From NCBI GenBank assembly GCA_012295275.1, contig CM022672.1, positions 5,394,001 through 5,458,000 on the forward strand: a DNA stretch of 64,000 bases. The letters run 5' to 3'. Positions 13,626-27,649 of this stretch are shown in pieces. This DNA comes from Chrysomallon squamiferum (Eukaryota; Animalia; Mollusca). Under the pieces are notes generated by a model, which did not search any database, was not told where the DNA came from, and saw nothing but the letters and a program-made list of their open reading frames with translations. The translations under genes were made by a program, and so were the position numbers. Position 1 is the first letter of the stretch. Every line of letters begins with the position of its first letter.

Positions 13626-16600
13626 TTCAGTGAATTAAAACATTCTCCTGAAAAATACATTAACTGGTGTACACATCACCTTCTACTGACAAAATTTTGA
13701 ACTATGGTGGACGTACATGAAACCCAGGCTTTGTACAGAAACAAAGAAAACATACAATGGAGATTCTATAATAACACAATGATAACACAATGTACAGAGT
13801 AAGTAAAAGAAAAGGTTACTTCTGAAGGGATCATAAAGGTTTTTGAAGGAGATAATAGAAGAAAAGGTTTAGCATTCTAAATAGTGAATGTAAATGTACA
13901 ATTTTTACCAGACAGGATGTCTGTATGACTGAACTCATTCTTAACTAGTCCACTCGGTCCTGGATTTGGGTAGGCATATGAGAGAAACGTCTTTAATCCA
14001 CACCATTCAATGCCTCTGTGAAAATAAAAACATATTCTGAACACTTATTTTCTACATGGAAACTATTTTTTTAAATAATGTAAAAATAAAACGAAAATAC
14101 CTGAACACATACAGATATATCAGTCCAAGGCATTTTCCACTGCAGTTATTCTACTGACAGGTTTCCTACTTTAAAAAGTATTTATTAAGAGACTGTATAA
14201 AGACTGTATACCTGACAATAGAAGAGTGGATGCTGTATTCCCTGTCTACCTGGCCGCTAGCTACATTCACAGTCTGAATAACACCAGAAAAAGTTCCTGA
14301 AAACAAACATGTAATAACTAACATGTTGAAAAGAGTATACAGTATTAATTGTAATTAAACAGTGCATTGTAAATAGTTGTTGTCATGATTAATACGTGTT
14401 ACATTTCTGGAAATTAAACTTTGATATTTAGAAGAAAGACTGTCACATTCAAAGCTATCTGAAAAATTAATATTAAAGCGTGAAAAATAAATAATAATAA
14501 TAATATTTCTAAAAATATAACAAAAATGTGTTGTTCATTCAACATAATATTTATAATTATAAAGAATATTAATAAAATTTTCCTTACCCAGTGCCAACCT
14601 TGGCTCATAAATATTCCAGTTTTTATTTGTCAGAGGAGGACACATTCGCATGCAGGTGATATGAGCATGTATGCCTTGCAAAAGACCAGTCATAATAAAC
14701 TTCAGTTGTACACTGTGTCCTTTGATGTCTGACCTCTGACTATCCATTACAGGCATTTGTGACGGCCCAATCATATCTGTGAGTACAGTCTTTGGGTAAG
14801 GTTTGTGAGTAATGATGGGAAACTCATTTTTTTTGCAAGTAACATTCTGCACTGAACTTGGCAAAGTGGCTCCAGGTGTAAATAATGGTGAATTAACATT
14901 CTGCTGTGAAGTCTGAAAATATTCAGAGTACTAAAATTATGTCATAGTAAAACAAAGAAATGCCTTCAATACATCGTAACAATTCTGACCTTTTGTACAA
15001 TTGTTTCAAATTTCGTATGAATTTGTTTATGTGAGAAAAATCTAGAATTAACCATTTTTAATTAAACCAGTGAAATTTATCTTAATGAAACATAAATGGT
15101 AAATTGATAAGAATTTGCAGATTTCTGTATTTTTATTATTATTATAAATTTTTTATTATATATATATTATGTAATATATATATTGTAAATGGATAAGAAT
15201 TTGCAGATTTCTGTAATTTTATTATTATTATAAATTTTATATTTTTTTATAATTTTATATTTTATAAATATTTTTGGAAGATTATCTTATTACACACTTT
15301 ATTTTCAACCAGCTACTCACAAAAATTAAAGGTCACAAAATTAATAACCAATACAAAACAGTGTCACCTTGACATCCACTGCCTTCATTTCCCACAAGAT
15401 AACTCGACTGTCACTCATTATGAGACCTATCGATCTTTCAGAAACTGGAGACACAGTAAATCCAAACACGCGGTTATGTCTTGTCACTCGGAGAGGGTCA
15501 GTCTGTGACCTCAGGTCATAGACCACATCTAATGAAACACTGGGTGGGGTATCATCTATAAAAGAAATATATAAAGATATAAAAAAATGTAATATTTATA
15601 ACAATGTTCTTATAATCGACTTATTACAATAAGTATTGTTGTTTTGCATTCTTCAAAAGAAGTTGTTAAATAATACTTGTATTATTTTGATCTCGTTCTT
15701 AATATATTATTTTTAGTGGTCATTAGGCAAAATGAAGAGATTTAATTAAAGGAAGGAAAGCAACAACAAAGTAACAACATTCTACAGTTAATAATATGAT
15801 ATATACAGTAATATGCACAAAGATCATTAGAACCTGTTTTATGTGATAGCCTGCTCTGTTTGAGTTAGCAGTAATGGATCTTTAGTGTCAACCTTCTCCA
15901 GGAAAGAAAATAGCACAGCATTTGACTGGTGAGGGATTTAATCTAATGAAGGTACTGACGAGAATTGAACTCATAAGCAATTCTATTTGAAGCCAATATT
16001 TTATCATTAAGCTTATTTCTTCTTGAACTAGAGTGATATCCAAAGGCACTATTGCCAAACAAAAAAAAATGATAAATATTTAATTACATTCCAAACAAAA
16101 TATTACTGAAAATTTAAAACAGAACAGATATCTGTTGCTGTTTTATTCACATAAGACATTGCACTCTGTACAAGAAAATAAGATTAAAACAAATCAAGAT
16201 ATATTTATGTGTTTTGCATGTGCACGTGCATGTTTGCATGTGTGCTTGTGCATGTCTACTCACCAAAAGCACCAGTACCTTCTGAAGCTGGAGTAGACAA
16301 GTTACTTGATCTTCTACGAATTCTGATAGATATGCTGCCACTTTCATGAAGGCACATCAGCACATCTCTCTGCCAACATGGAAGCACCTGAAATACCCCA
16401 TTATTATTACTGTTATTTTTATTATTATTATTATTATTATAACTGTAGTGGACTTATTAAATATCTTATCATATAATATATATTTTGTCTAGATATTTGT
16501 ACAGCACATTACTACTCAAATATACTGAATAAAAAATTGACTTGATGTTGAAATTATTTGGTAGATCAAACACCTTTCTTTTTACAGTATTTATAAAATT

Positions 16601-19482
16601 AGTGGTTTATGGCCAGGCAATATTTCGAGTACAAAGTAGCTGGAAATATAAATCATCAAACTTAATATTATTATGCAACATATTTAACTAGGAAAGTATT
16701 ACAGTTTTAATCAGTACCTCAACAAAGGGAGATGACGTCTTGTCCAGGGAGACCATGCCAACAGTCTGGTTAATTTCCAGATCTAGAATGAGCATCTCTC
16801 TGGGATACAACAGAATGATGTGATGACGACAGGAAGGATGGAAACACAGCTGAAGACATTCACTGACAGTGACAGCCTCATCTTCTGACTGAATGGGCTT
16901 GCTGAAATGACAGTGGTAATGTGTATGTTTGTGTTTGTGTATGTATGGGTCTGTATGTATGGGTGGGTGGGTGGGTGTGTGTCTGTGTGTGTGTGCATGC
17001 GTGCATGTGTGTGTGTGCGTGTGTGCATACATCTTTGTATGTATTTTGATATTTCTGTATCACTATATGTAATTATACCTTTTATAACAACTATCCAATT
17101 ACATTTTGTCTTGTAGTTGTATCAGTAAAAATAATAAGAAAAAAAACTGAATTTTTCCTATGTTTAAAAAGTTTGATATTAGTAAACTGTTGATTTTAAA
17201 CAATCTAAAAACATATTTTTTTTAAGTCAACCAATTTAAGTCAAAAATTAATTGTAAGAAAATAAACAAATGATAAAAGTAAAAAATGTTTACTTGTATT
17301 CACTAAAAAGTCGTAAATACCTTTGTTTGCTTTCTCCAACAAGAATGCGAGACATTCTCTGAGCGAGATTTTTGGATGATGGTTTCCTTTCCAAGCTGTT
17401 TGTGCTGCCAACCTGGTTACTGGCATTGCCACCAACTTTTGTTTTCAATTACAAAATGGAACAGAAAATAAATATCATGAATTCTCAATAATTATTTAGA
17501 AGAAAAAATCAATAAAATAATAAATCCTAATGTTCATTTTCTTTCATTTTTGGAAAAAAAATGTTTTTTTTTTTTTTTTTTTAAATAAATAAAAATGAAA
17601 AAACCCACTAGAAACTATAAAATAAATACAATTTAATATTTATTATGATAATCTTATGCTTTACTGTGTCAAATCTTACATCTTATTTCAAAATATAATT
17701 GCTTTCTCACCTTGACTAGAAGGACTGAAGATGTAAAATTTCTTTCCATTGCTCGAAGGTGTCTTGTTGATCATGAAGTCATCAATAAATACAATGCAGT
17801 CTTGTCCTAGAACTGTTCAGAAAACATAAATTAATATATATTTTTTTTTTTACCATCATTTAAATCGATAGTTTAAGATGTAGCAGATAATTATTTATGT
17901 CATTAAAGAATAACACTAGGAAAAGTAATTTAATAGAACATTTCTTCTTAAAATATAAGTTAACAATCTAGGAAATACATAATACTGACAAAATACATAG
18001 TACAGAAAGTGTGTTATCAGTAATATATATTTTTCATTAATAAAGAGATTTTAAGAAAAAACAATTCCTACTAAAATAATCTTTTTTTTTTCTGCACAAC
18101 TCATATTTAACACAGTGTATTTTTATTCTTTTTCTTTTTTTTTTAATACATTAATATGTAAGAATGAGTTCAAATGTGTGTGAAAAAAAAATGTGTGGAT
18201 ATAAATCTTCTGAAATTATGAAATGATTGTTATATACATATAAATATATTATCATTATTGTTACTATTACTACTACCACCACTGGAATATTATCCTGTAA
18301 GTATATTTATTAACATTATTGTTATATAAATATTGTAATAATTTTTTTTTTTTTTTTGAAGAAATTCTTTTATACTTGTCAGTAGACCTACAAACAACAT
18401 TTCTTGTATTGAAAGGGTCAAATGAAAATGAAATCAATGTCTCTGTGTATGTCTTCTTCCACAGACGAGTTCCAGTGTCAGCGTTCCACAGGATTAAGGA
18501 GTAAGGAGGGTGCAGTGCAATCAGGAGATCTCTTGATGCATCCTGCTGTCCAAGCCAATCCATGGCTGAAAAAAATTAATTTTTATGTTTCTTTATTTGT
18601 ACTCATTAGGCCATAACTGATGTACATTATATGGCAGCAAAAATGAAAATACATATGAAATAAATGTTTTGTTTAGTGCTATATTGTGAATTCATAAGTT
18701 TATTCCAGAAAACATTACACAATTCTAAAATCTATCATATTATTTTGCTCTGCATATTTTTTATGACATTACATTTGAGTTATTATTACTTATGAAAATA
18801 TAAAATTAAAATAGTACCCAATATCAAATCTAAAAGTATTTCATGGATTTAAATGTATTAAGCATAATAATATTTATGTCACTAAATACTTGAAATGCTT
18901 TTTATGTGTAGACAACCTTAATACATGTTTATTTATATATCTATGTAATATATTACATACATACACACATTCTACACAACACACACACATACAAATACCC
19001 ATTAAGAAAAGTCATATTTCCCAGTCCTCAAAGTACCTCTTAGGAAGTGATTGTTTTATTTCACCAAGAGTTCAGATGTTTTAAAAACTGGAACTAATCA
19101 GAAGGAAATGTTTTTAACAGATGCTCTTTTCTCTGATAATCAAAGAACAATTTATTTTTACCTTGCACTGATTTGTTTCCATCTGCAAACTCTGCCCGGG
19201 CATGTCCCTGTGACACATCCCACACAATAATGTTGCCAGCAGCATCTGCAGAGGCCAGACGCAGGCTGTATGGACTATTGACATCATGGTGATAATCTTC
19301 TTTAGCCCATTTAATCTGTAAATACAGGATTTTACCTTTAATTCCTTTTAAGAGCTTTTTTGTACCAAGTTTTATTATTTTCTTTTTTATTATTCTTATC
19401 TTGATTTATAGTTTGTAATGTTTTTCTTTTTACATTTTTTATTTGTAACTTTTTCATTATTTTTTATTTAAATATTATTTAT

Positions 19483-19521
<39 letters not shown>

Positions 19522-20594
19522 TGTAAATATCATTAAGTTTTCTTAAGTTGACTGTATGCATTAGTACCAAACAATTGCTTTCTCTGAATAATAAAATGGA
19601 AGAAATTATGATTCTTAAAATTACCCTTGAATAAAATAACAATTTCTTTAAAGGATGCCATAAGATATTCAGACCCACAATGTAACATAAAGTAGGTTTC
19701 AACATCAGCAAATGTTAAATAAGTAAAAAAATATTTATGTAATTTAAAATGAATGTGTTTTGTGATAATTTTACCTTTACAACATTAGCCTTATGTTTGT
19801 GTAGAACTTGAATCAACTGAAACAAAAAATAAAAAATATATAATATATATATATATATATTACATTGAAATTATATTTGGATCAAAATTAAATAATTGTG
19901 TGAAATGAAAAATACAAAGTAAAATTTTTATCTCTTTTTTTTAGTTAAATTACATAAATTAAAATTTACATCTGTTACAAACTTCTCAAACAGGTAATAT
20001 TTGTGAAAGAAATACTTATAATTAAATTTAATTTAAATTTATACCTAAAACATTTTAGTTATTTTTACTTTGGTTAATAAACATCTTTTATTCTACTGAT
20101 ATCTTAATGAAATTGAAAAAAAAAAAAAACAACATAAATATGAATGTAATGTAAATGGTATGTACACTTAAAAAAATTCTTATATGCATACATATACACA
20201 AACAAACACAAGCACATATACACAAACACAAATAAAATACAGTAATTTATCTGGCTTTACTAATGCTACAACGTTTTTCTAACTTACCTGAACAGTAATT
20301 GGGTCAACAACACTAACAAAATTTTGGCTTCCATATGCTAATAATCCTTGCCATCCCCTGAGAAAAAAAACACAACTAACATTTCACATATATCCCCTGA
20401 TATAACAACATAACATATTATAAAATTATACAAGGCAGTTTCTTATTACAAAATAACTTTTGTAACATATTCAAAAATAAACTTCTGCAACATACTTTTC
20501 TTGTTCAAATATATGCTGCAATATAAACCGGAGTGAATATCAGAAACTGCAATATCAGTATTCTACCACAGATTCCAATAATACAATCTTTATG

Positions 20595-20653
<59 letters not shown>

Positions 20654-21124
20654 ACATTACTATTATGGAAAGAAATGCAGAACTACATGAACACAAATTA
20701 GTGTTTTATCGAAATATATTAATGTCTGAACTACTGGATAATAAAAGATACATGCTAATAGTAATACTAAAAACACAAGACAACCTAAATTAATAGTGAG
20801 TTTTAATTTTACTGCATTTTAATGACACTATTACATTAAGTATTAATTTATTAACATATATGTAAAATTAATCAGTTTTTAATATTTGTATCTAATTTTG
20901 AGAGATTATTAAATATTTAAATGAGGTCATGATTTCCTCTACAAAAGCATACCCAACAGAAGTCAAAACATTTACTGTTCAGAAATTAGAGTAATTGAGT
21001 AAGCTACCTGAACACCAAGTTATATTCATATTGTTATTAATTTGATATCGTCAACATACCAGTCGCATGCGCCTTTATTTTGCGTGTGCAGTGATCCTGT
21101 AATAGTCTTTGGAAAAAGTTTCAT
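3842..21124 (-). CDS. WDR11: WD repeat-containing protein 11, 30 coding exons, about 1276 aa
   Basis: Exons in transcript order: 21124-21060, 20357-20288, 19816-19775, 19315-19162, 18565-18392, 17812-17711, 17435-17321, 16901-16718, 16387-16264 (or -16279), 15555-15368, 14912-14588, 14296-14212, 14015-13909, 13431-13359, 12977-12869, 12107-11968, 11637-11511, 11084-10978, 10750-10627, 10212-10044, 9597-9429, 8855-8790, 8184-8100, 7440-7243, 6562-6396, 5817-5723, 5406-5309, 5031-4951, 4592-4448, 3984-3842. All introns are GT-AG and phase-consistent. Peptides MKLFPKTITGSLHTQNKGACDWGWQGLLAYGS, QDASRDLLIALHPPYSLILWNADTGTRLWKK, IFGDESELHFWTVALHYL and LLGQTDRAVQLLLETEAEN match WDR11. Confidence 0.96.
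7079..7136. repeat. (ATT)n microsatellite
   Basis: Directly visible trinucleotide run. Confidence 0.95.
7845..7913 (-). mobile_element. Degenerate SINE core fragment (MetaSINE-like), reverse orientation, in a WDR11 intron
   Basis: TTATGTACACCTTCCTATAGACAATGAAACACATATCGCAGGCCTTTTGCTAAACCAGTC resembles the reverse complement of the same core and shares CCTTCC.ATAGACA with the 51723 fragment. Confidence 0.45.
9642..9957. repeat. Diverged tandem duplication of about 150-bp units in a WDR11 intron
   Basis: Blocks TATTTGAT.AT.TGATCTGT, TGTAATTTATCTGCATTCAA and AAGGCACAAATAT each occur twice in the same order. Confidence 0.75.
10417..10591. repeat. About 180-bp intronic repeat, copy 1 (copy 2 at 12297-12479)
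   Basis: Both copies share TAAATTAGTCTGAATTT...AACTTGGAAA..GTTATATAATATGTCTGTAGTATAAAAAAG...ATAACAACAAAAGAGTAACAAATATGACAGACTAAAAGATAAAT, and each is preceded by (TG)n. Confidence 0.85.
10770..10951. repeat. Tandem duplication of about 90 bp in a WDR11 intron
   Basis: AATGTAATGAAA...TTAATATAAAATAAATAAA.GCTTTTATGCATTTAAAAA...ACCTGAAATTACT occurs twice. Confidence 0.8.
12297..12479. repeat. About 180-bp intronic repeat, copy 2
   Basis: Direct repeat of 10417-10591. Confidence 0.85.
13534..13622. repeat. Short dispersed repeat with (ATT)n tail, copy 1 (copy 2 at 45704-45794)
   Basis: AAATTAAAACTGTATGACAWTTTCATTTTGTCATTATTATCTTTATGATTATTTCTATT(ATT)n occurs nearly identically twice, 32 kb apart. 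Confidence 0.85.
20601..20655. repeat. (CA)n microsatellite
   Basis: Directly visible dinucleotide run. Confidence 0.95.
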
Positions 21125-21700
21125 TCCTACAGTAAATAATTTAGAAAATCTATGTTATTAATTTAAAAGTATTATACGACCGAACTAATCAGTAAGGAAG
21201 GATGTTATAATTATTTTTGATAGAAGCAAGACGAGACAAATCGATAAAAATAAATATTGAAATCAAGTAGAAATCAAGGCAGTGTAAAGATGTATATACA
21301 AATTAAAACAAAATTATGTAAATAAATGCAGTATTAATAATTGGATTTGACAAAAGTATAGAAAAAATACATTTTATAATATTTTTATAAGATAATATTA
21401 TCGGTTACTTTACAAAAAGATAGCAGAAGAGCATTTCCGTTTCCATTTAGGTCTGAAAAACTGAACACGTAATCTGGTTCGGAACTTCAGGTCACGTTAT
21501 TACTGTTACTTTTTCGGATTCTCAGTCCTAACTAAACAACGACAACATTATGTTGTCATTTTGAAACAAAACGACAAGAGTTTCATTTCAGCCCTCTTTC
21601 ATATTTATTTATAGTTAAAACTTATCTTTAGACTATGAGAATGTGAAAATAATAATTCATTCGACTACCACGGTGAGGAGAATTATAATGGACCCTACTG
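21125..21700. promoter_or_regulatory. Putative bidirectional promoter region shared by WDR11 and the PLPP gene
   Basis: Divergent ATGs at 21124 (-) and 22315 (+), each just after a splice acceptor, which implies non-coding first exons between them. A CpG-containing patch at about 21430-21580 has TTCCG/CGGAA (ETS-like) and GTCACGT motifs. Confidence 0.55.
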
Positions 21701-21732
21701 AGTACTGTCAAATCTGAGTTGTAAAACCATAT

Positions 21733-21834
21733 TGGGCCCATTTAATACGAAAACTGGTGTATCACAGGGCATGATATAATCATCCCTACCACTGTTTAAA
21801 GTCTACATATGATATAAAACATATGTTGCTGCTA
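21733..21834 (+). mobile_element. Degenerate SINE core remnant (MetaSINE-like)
   Basis: TGGGCCCATT...ACTGGTGTATCACAGGGCATGATATAATCATCC...ATATAAAACATATGTTGCTGCTA resembles, from memory, the core GACTGGTATATCAAAGGCCGTGGTATGTGCTATCC...CATATAAAAGATCCCTTGCTGCTA. Related fragments occur at 7845 and 51723. Confidence 0.5.
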
Positions 21835-22314
21835 GCTGAACAGTGGCCAATGGTATACTAGGTAACTGCAGCCTGTAATTAAAGACGGCATCAGCCATAT
21901 AGTTTGTAATCCGTCACCATTTTATATTTAACATACCTTATTATACATCATTTTATCTTCTTTTTTTTTTTTTTTTTTTTCCAAGTAATAACCTGATTTA
22001 ATAAAATGCATATATGCAAATCAGTTTTGATTTGTGCTCGCTAGGATGGTATATTAAGGCTACACACTTTTATATATTTTAAATCTCTATTTTTGGAGAT
22101 ATTTGGGAACAATTTATTGTTTATGTAAATAGATAATATTTTTCTTCGATATTTCATTTAAATATGAGAATGAATTATTCCAGCAATGAATCTTATATTT
22201 CAGTTCAAACTATTTCTTTTAATATTTCTGTCTTAAAATGCCAATTGCACACATATACTTACAATTTATTTTATTTAAAATTATTTTTGTATTTGCAGAT
22301 AAAAACACTGTGCA

Positions 22315-25300
22315 ATGAAGCTAGCCATGACTCACACATCTTTGGATTTTCTTCAAGAACTGGGCATCAGAATAATTATTTTCATTGTCTATATGTATGA
22401 ATATAAAATGTGCATTAAAATGTGGATAGAAAAACATATTTTAAAATTATTTGGTTCTCTTAAAATGTTTACATAAAAATGTAAATCTTGCCTCCCTCCC
22501 CACCAAAAAAAACAAAACTGTAATTATACTGTAAATGCCAATTTTGCATTAAAAGTCCAGGTTTTTTTTCAGTTAACTTTGTTATGCAGCTTTTAAATGC
22601 AGCATGGATATTCTTTTATTAGGAATATATAACAATGATCAGTCAAATATTTTACATTTCCCAACAATGTTATTCATTTTTGAGAATCTTTACAATGACA
22701 TTAAATGTTTTTAAATATATATTGTTTGAGAAATAAATTTTATAATTTTACATCAACAGGGCTACAGATAAAATACAAGGATTTCATAGAAAAATACAAC
22801 CAGAAGAAATGTGGCTTTATCGTTTTCCTATAACAGAATCTTACTATTCAGCTAACTTGTTACTGGTAAATAAAAAAATATATCTATGTTGTGAGGGAAG
22901 TTGTAGGTCAGATAAGAAGCAGATTAAGGATTTAGATAAGTAAAGGTTACCATAATTTCAGTTTAACATCATCACAAAATTGATTTTATAATGTCATACA
23001 GTGTAATCTCAAAAATAGTCTATAAGTAATATTTAAGTTATCTCCTCTTTGATGTATTTATCTTATTTAATAGACAGAATATAAAATTATTTTTCATGAA
23101 TGTCACATGAGAAATGTAAATGCATTCATAGTGAATTTAAAAAGTTATATGAGATCGCTGTTATTTGAAATAGTAAACTTTAACAACGGAAGGAAAATAA
23201 ACAAGTCATTTTGATGTCTGTATGTTAAATATGTGGTGAATTGTTGTTTTGGTTTTTTTTTTTCAGGTAACAATATTTGTTGTACCTGTTATTGTGGCTT
23301 CAGTGTTTTATATACTGCATCGTGACAAAGAAGATTTGAAAGAATCAATATTTGGTAAAAAAAAAAATAATAACAAGAAGAAGAATTTAAATATTTTTAT
23401 AGTTTTTTTTTTTTTTTTTAAATTATACCAGGAAAAATATTAGCAATTCGTTATTATTTTAACAGAAAAATTGGTTGCTAAAAACAAAAAATTATTTTAA
23501 AGTGTGTAAAGTATATTTAGACAATTTATATGTCTCACCAGAAATACACTTTTAAGACTTAGTTCAGTTATTTCTAATATCTTATTAACTAAGCATCAAA
23601 AGTTTGTTTAATGTTGTATTTTTACTACATTTATTTTTATTTTTCACTTTGAAGTATTTTATATTTAACTCTGATATAATTTTTTTCTTTTCAGGTGCAT
23701 ATTTGTCTATATTTCTGACAGGATTAGTGACAAATTTCATTAAGCTTTGTGTTGGAAGGTAACCTAATTCTGAGATTTTTTTTTAATTGTTTTTTTTTTT
23801 ATTTCACTTAATTGTGATAATGTTTAATGTATGTATTTTAGGTATACATCATCTATATTGAGTTATGAATCTATAGGAGAAGACAGTTCCTTAATAAGAT
23901 TATCTTATTTAAAATTATCTGAGTTAAAATTAAAAAGTATCATTTAACAAATAACTTTATTATTAAATTTCAAGAAAAGAAAGGCAGTTTATTCCAAATG
24001 TTATTGGAATTTCTTTAATTATTATTTGTTTTAAAATCCACAAGAAGGTTTTTAAATTTTTGTTAATTTTCTATTTTTCTAGAATGATTATGCATTAAAT
24101 AAACAATCATATACATGTATTTTGGAGTATTTTTATTTTATTTTTAAATACTGTTTCTTTTATTATTTCTACTTCATTCATTTTTAGACCTCGTCCTTGC
24201 TTCTTGCAGTTGTGTTTTCCTGATGGTCATGTGAACCTTGATATGAAATGTAGTGGCAATCCGGAACAAGTCATCGAAGGTTACAAAAGTTTTCCAAGTG
24301 GCCACTCATCATGTATGTAGTTCAGTTATCAAAAAATAAGAATATCCAAAGTAAACTCTCTTACTGAACTAAAATATGATTAAATTACTTAGCTTGTCTG
24401 TAATATCCATCAATATAGTAATTTAGAGTAATATTAACTGATTTATTAATTTTTATAAATATAGAAATAAATAGTTTAAAATAATTAAATTATGATAACT
24501 AGCAAATATAATATGAGGAATACATATATATTGAAGGTTTTAGAAGTTGAGAAAAAAACAACATATGTTGGTTTTGTTCTACTGGTCAAGCATCATTTCA
24601 TGAGTAATTTTAATTAAATGAATATGAAAACAGCCGATTTTTATTAACTTTTTATGTCAGTATGTATGTAATGTCAAAATATTACAAAGAAATAACAGAT
24701 TTTAAACTATTAATACATGTTATCTTTATTTTTATTTTTTTTTTTTTAAAGTTGCATTTTCCTGTCTGGGGTATGTAGGATTATATGTTGCTGGTAAGCT
24801 AAAAGTGTTCAACAGATCAGGACGAGGGAATGGTTGCAGATTGTGTTGTGTGGTTATACCATTTCTATGGGCCACACTGATTGCTTTATCAAGATTGGCT
24901 GATTATCATCATCACTGGGAGGGTTAGTTTATTTACAAAGAAATATGCTGTCTTTCATGAGAATAGCAAATCTATTAACAGAGATCTGATGTAACTCTTA
25001 GAGTATCCTTATACATGTTATATTCGTCTTTTAATCTTTCTTTCCTCATTTCTGATGGTAATAATTTATTTATTCAAGAAGTATTTGTGGATAAGTAAAA
25101 AGTTTATTACAGATATTTCTCTTTTATTTTTTTATTTTTTTATTTACCAATATCAAAGTATTTTTTAGGATGTTTAAATTTATAAGTGCAGTGAAAATTT
25201 GTGGCAGACTACCATAAACTGTATGGTTATTTCATTTCATTCATTTGAAATTAATAGTATTACAGAACAGAATAACAGGAAAATTATTTGTGTGTCCATG

Positions 25301-25546
25301 TATATTTGCATCTTCTTACTTTTTAATTAAATAATTTATTCTGCAGATGTTTTAGTTGGATCTGGGTTGGGAATGGCCTTTGCTTACCTGTGTTACCATC
25401 AAGGGTATCCATCAGTATCCAGCATCCACTCTCACCTGACCTATTTTCAGTTAGCCAAGGCCTCATCTTACAGAGATGTTGATGCTCAGTCAGAAGAACT
25501 ACAAACTGTTAAATATGGACAATTTGAACAACTCCAGTCTGTTTAG
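22315..25546 (+). CDS. PLPP5: Phospholipid phosphatase of the PLPP4/PLPP5 (PPAPDC1) type, PAP2 family, 7 coding exons, about 277 aa
   Basis: Exons 22315-22394, 22760-22865, 23267-23354, 23695-23758, 24188-24312, 24752-24922 and 25347-25546. The PAP2 catalytic motifs are intact: C1 KLCVGRPRP, C2 SFPSGHSS, C3 SRLADYHHHWEDV. The N-terminus ELGIRIIIF...RKIQPEEMWLY is typical of PLPP4/5. Probably co-orthologous to both PLPP4 and PLPP5. Confidence 0.92.
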
Positions 25547-27538
25547 AAATCAGCATTAAATACACAACACAGAATCCACCTTTTTCTAACTTATTTAAAC
25601 ATGAGTAATATACAGCTTCAACACAGTTTTACTTCAGCTGATTAATTTTAATTCCATTCAGATACTTTATCTTATATTAAGTCTAAATTACCATTTTGAT
25701 AAATTTATATAGGCTAAGATTTAATTGTTATACATTTTTATTTAAAAATTCAGACCTCAATTAATGATTTACAAGATGGAAATTAACACAAATTTTGCCA
25801 TGTAAACTGTTTACATTATTATTTTATAGGTTGTTGGACAACCAGTTTAGAAATTTTCCTCTTTTTTTTTTTTTTTTTTTGTATTAGTTTGACATTATTT
25901 TAATTTGACTGTTTTCCTCGAGAATTTAAATTCTGTTAAAATTTTAAAAAACTACACTTAATCAACAATATGTTATTGTTTAATGTGAACAAATACATTC
26001 GTGCATTTAATTAGATAGTAAAAAAAAATTAATACAATGCTAAAAACAATTCCTGTAAATAACCACCTATAGGGCTGGTATTTTTGTGATGCAAATGGGG
26101 TCACGACAGAAATATCCGTTGTTGAATTTGTCTTTTAAAGTTAGTGATTATAGGTATCCAAGTTATTTTGACAAATATTTTATTTACATATGATTGTTAC
26201 CATCTACTGCCAGTATTAGTGAAAGTTTTGATTGTTTTTCTTTGTTTTTCTATTGTTTATTACTATTGTTATTTACAGACAATATTCCATTTTGCCATTC
26301 CAGATGATGTATCTACCAAAAACAGATACTATGTCAGCATTCATGAAACAAAATTTATTGTTTTATTTTTAATTTTTTTATTCTTTTTTATTTTATTTTA
26401 TTTTATTGTTGTTGTTTTTTTTAATTTATTTTTTTTATAAATTTTGAAATTACTTTACAATCTGTTAAATGGTTACTGGTGCAACATATACACTTATTTC
26501 TATCATAAAGAGTCAAATTTAGCCTGATTTCATTAATATATTATCACATGAAACAAGGTATTTTTGAAATAAATGGGTTTTTTAGTATACAATTATTTAT
26601 GTCTTTCTGAAAAGTTTATCTTTTTAAAATTTTCTTTCTCAGTAATAAGTTTTTCTGACAGAGAAAAACAGATAAGAAATGTTTTATTATAATACTGCAT
26701 TTTTTTCATGCTTTAATTCAACCCACCTTGATTTGCTCTTATGTCTTTATCTTTTTTATTTTGGGTGGGTTTTTTTAAGATTATGAATTGGGTACTGGTA
26801 TGTTTCAGATTTGTTTTACTTTTAAAATATTTATAAATATGCTCAGTGCTTTACATTAACAGCAGTTATCATGACACAAATTTTAAACATATTTAAACTG
26901 TCATATATCACATCTTATTCTAATATAAAACATATGACTGGTGTTAGACATTCCACAAAATTAACAATACATGACCTATCAATACCATAAAACATGTAGC
27001 AAACGGGAAAAAAGTTTATAATCACATGCTTTCTTTCGCCTCCAATTTCTCTTCACCATTTTAGCAAAATATTTCATCAGTTTTGTTTCATGTTGTAGAA
27101 ACTGACAGAAACATACCAAAGCAAGCAAAATGATCACACCAGACATGTTTTTCTTCAGTGCAAATCAATGTGAAATAGTTTAAACTAGGTCTTAACTGGA
27201 TTTCTGAAATTATATTTATCAGTTAAAGGATCATTGTTTTATTAATATTGTAAAATGTCCAGCATAATATATTTTGTATTATTATTTTTTGTTTTGTTTT
27301 TTAGTAATGAAATAAAAAATTCAGAATTTTTTTTTAATTATTATTATTGTTGTTCTATTGTTTTGTTTTTATTCGAAACTGGTATAAGTATTTTTAAGTG
27401 TATATAAAATTAACAATATACATCATGAGTGTTCAGATTTATTATTAAATTTGATTTATGAACTAGCATGTAATTTTTAAATGAAATAAACTTAAATTAA
27501 TTCTTATTGTTTTTTTTTTTTTATCTTATGTTCTTCTT

Positions 27539-27569
<31 letters not shown>

Positions 27570-27649
27570 AGAGATTGCTCTTTTTCACTTAATAATTCAG
27601 AAGATGCTCAAGTTTTGTGGGTGGGAATTAAGAACAGATTGCAATAAAA

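Noticed and set aside
15830-15940. Possible H/ACA snoRNA in WDR11 intron 9 (ACACTA box, hairpin, ACA)
   Set aside because: The stems are short and the pocket-to-ACA spacing (about 7 nt) does not fit; it may instead be a decayed SINE piece.
22014-22048. Alternative first coding exon for the PLPP gene (MQISFDLCSLGW)
   Set aside because: It is phase-compatible but has no family similarity, whereas exon 22315-22394 encodes the conserved ELGIR transmembrane start. At most it is a leader exon.
25003-25010. GTATCCTT (U12 donor-like) in PLPP intron 6
   Set aside because: It is mid-intron, and the exon already ends at a phase-compatible GT donor at 24923.
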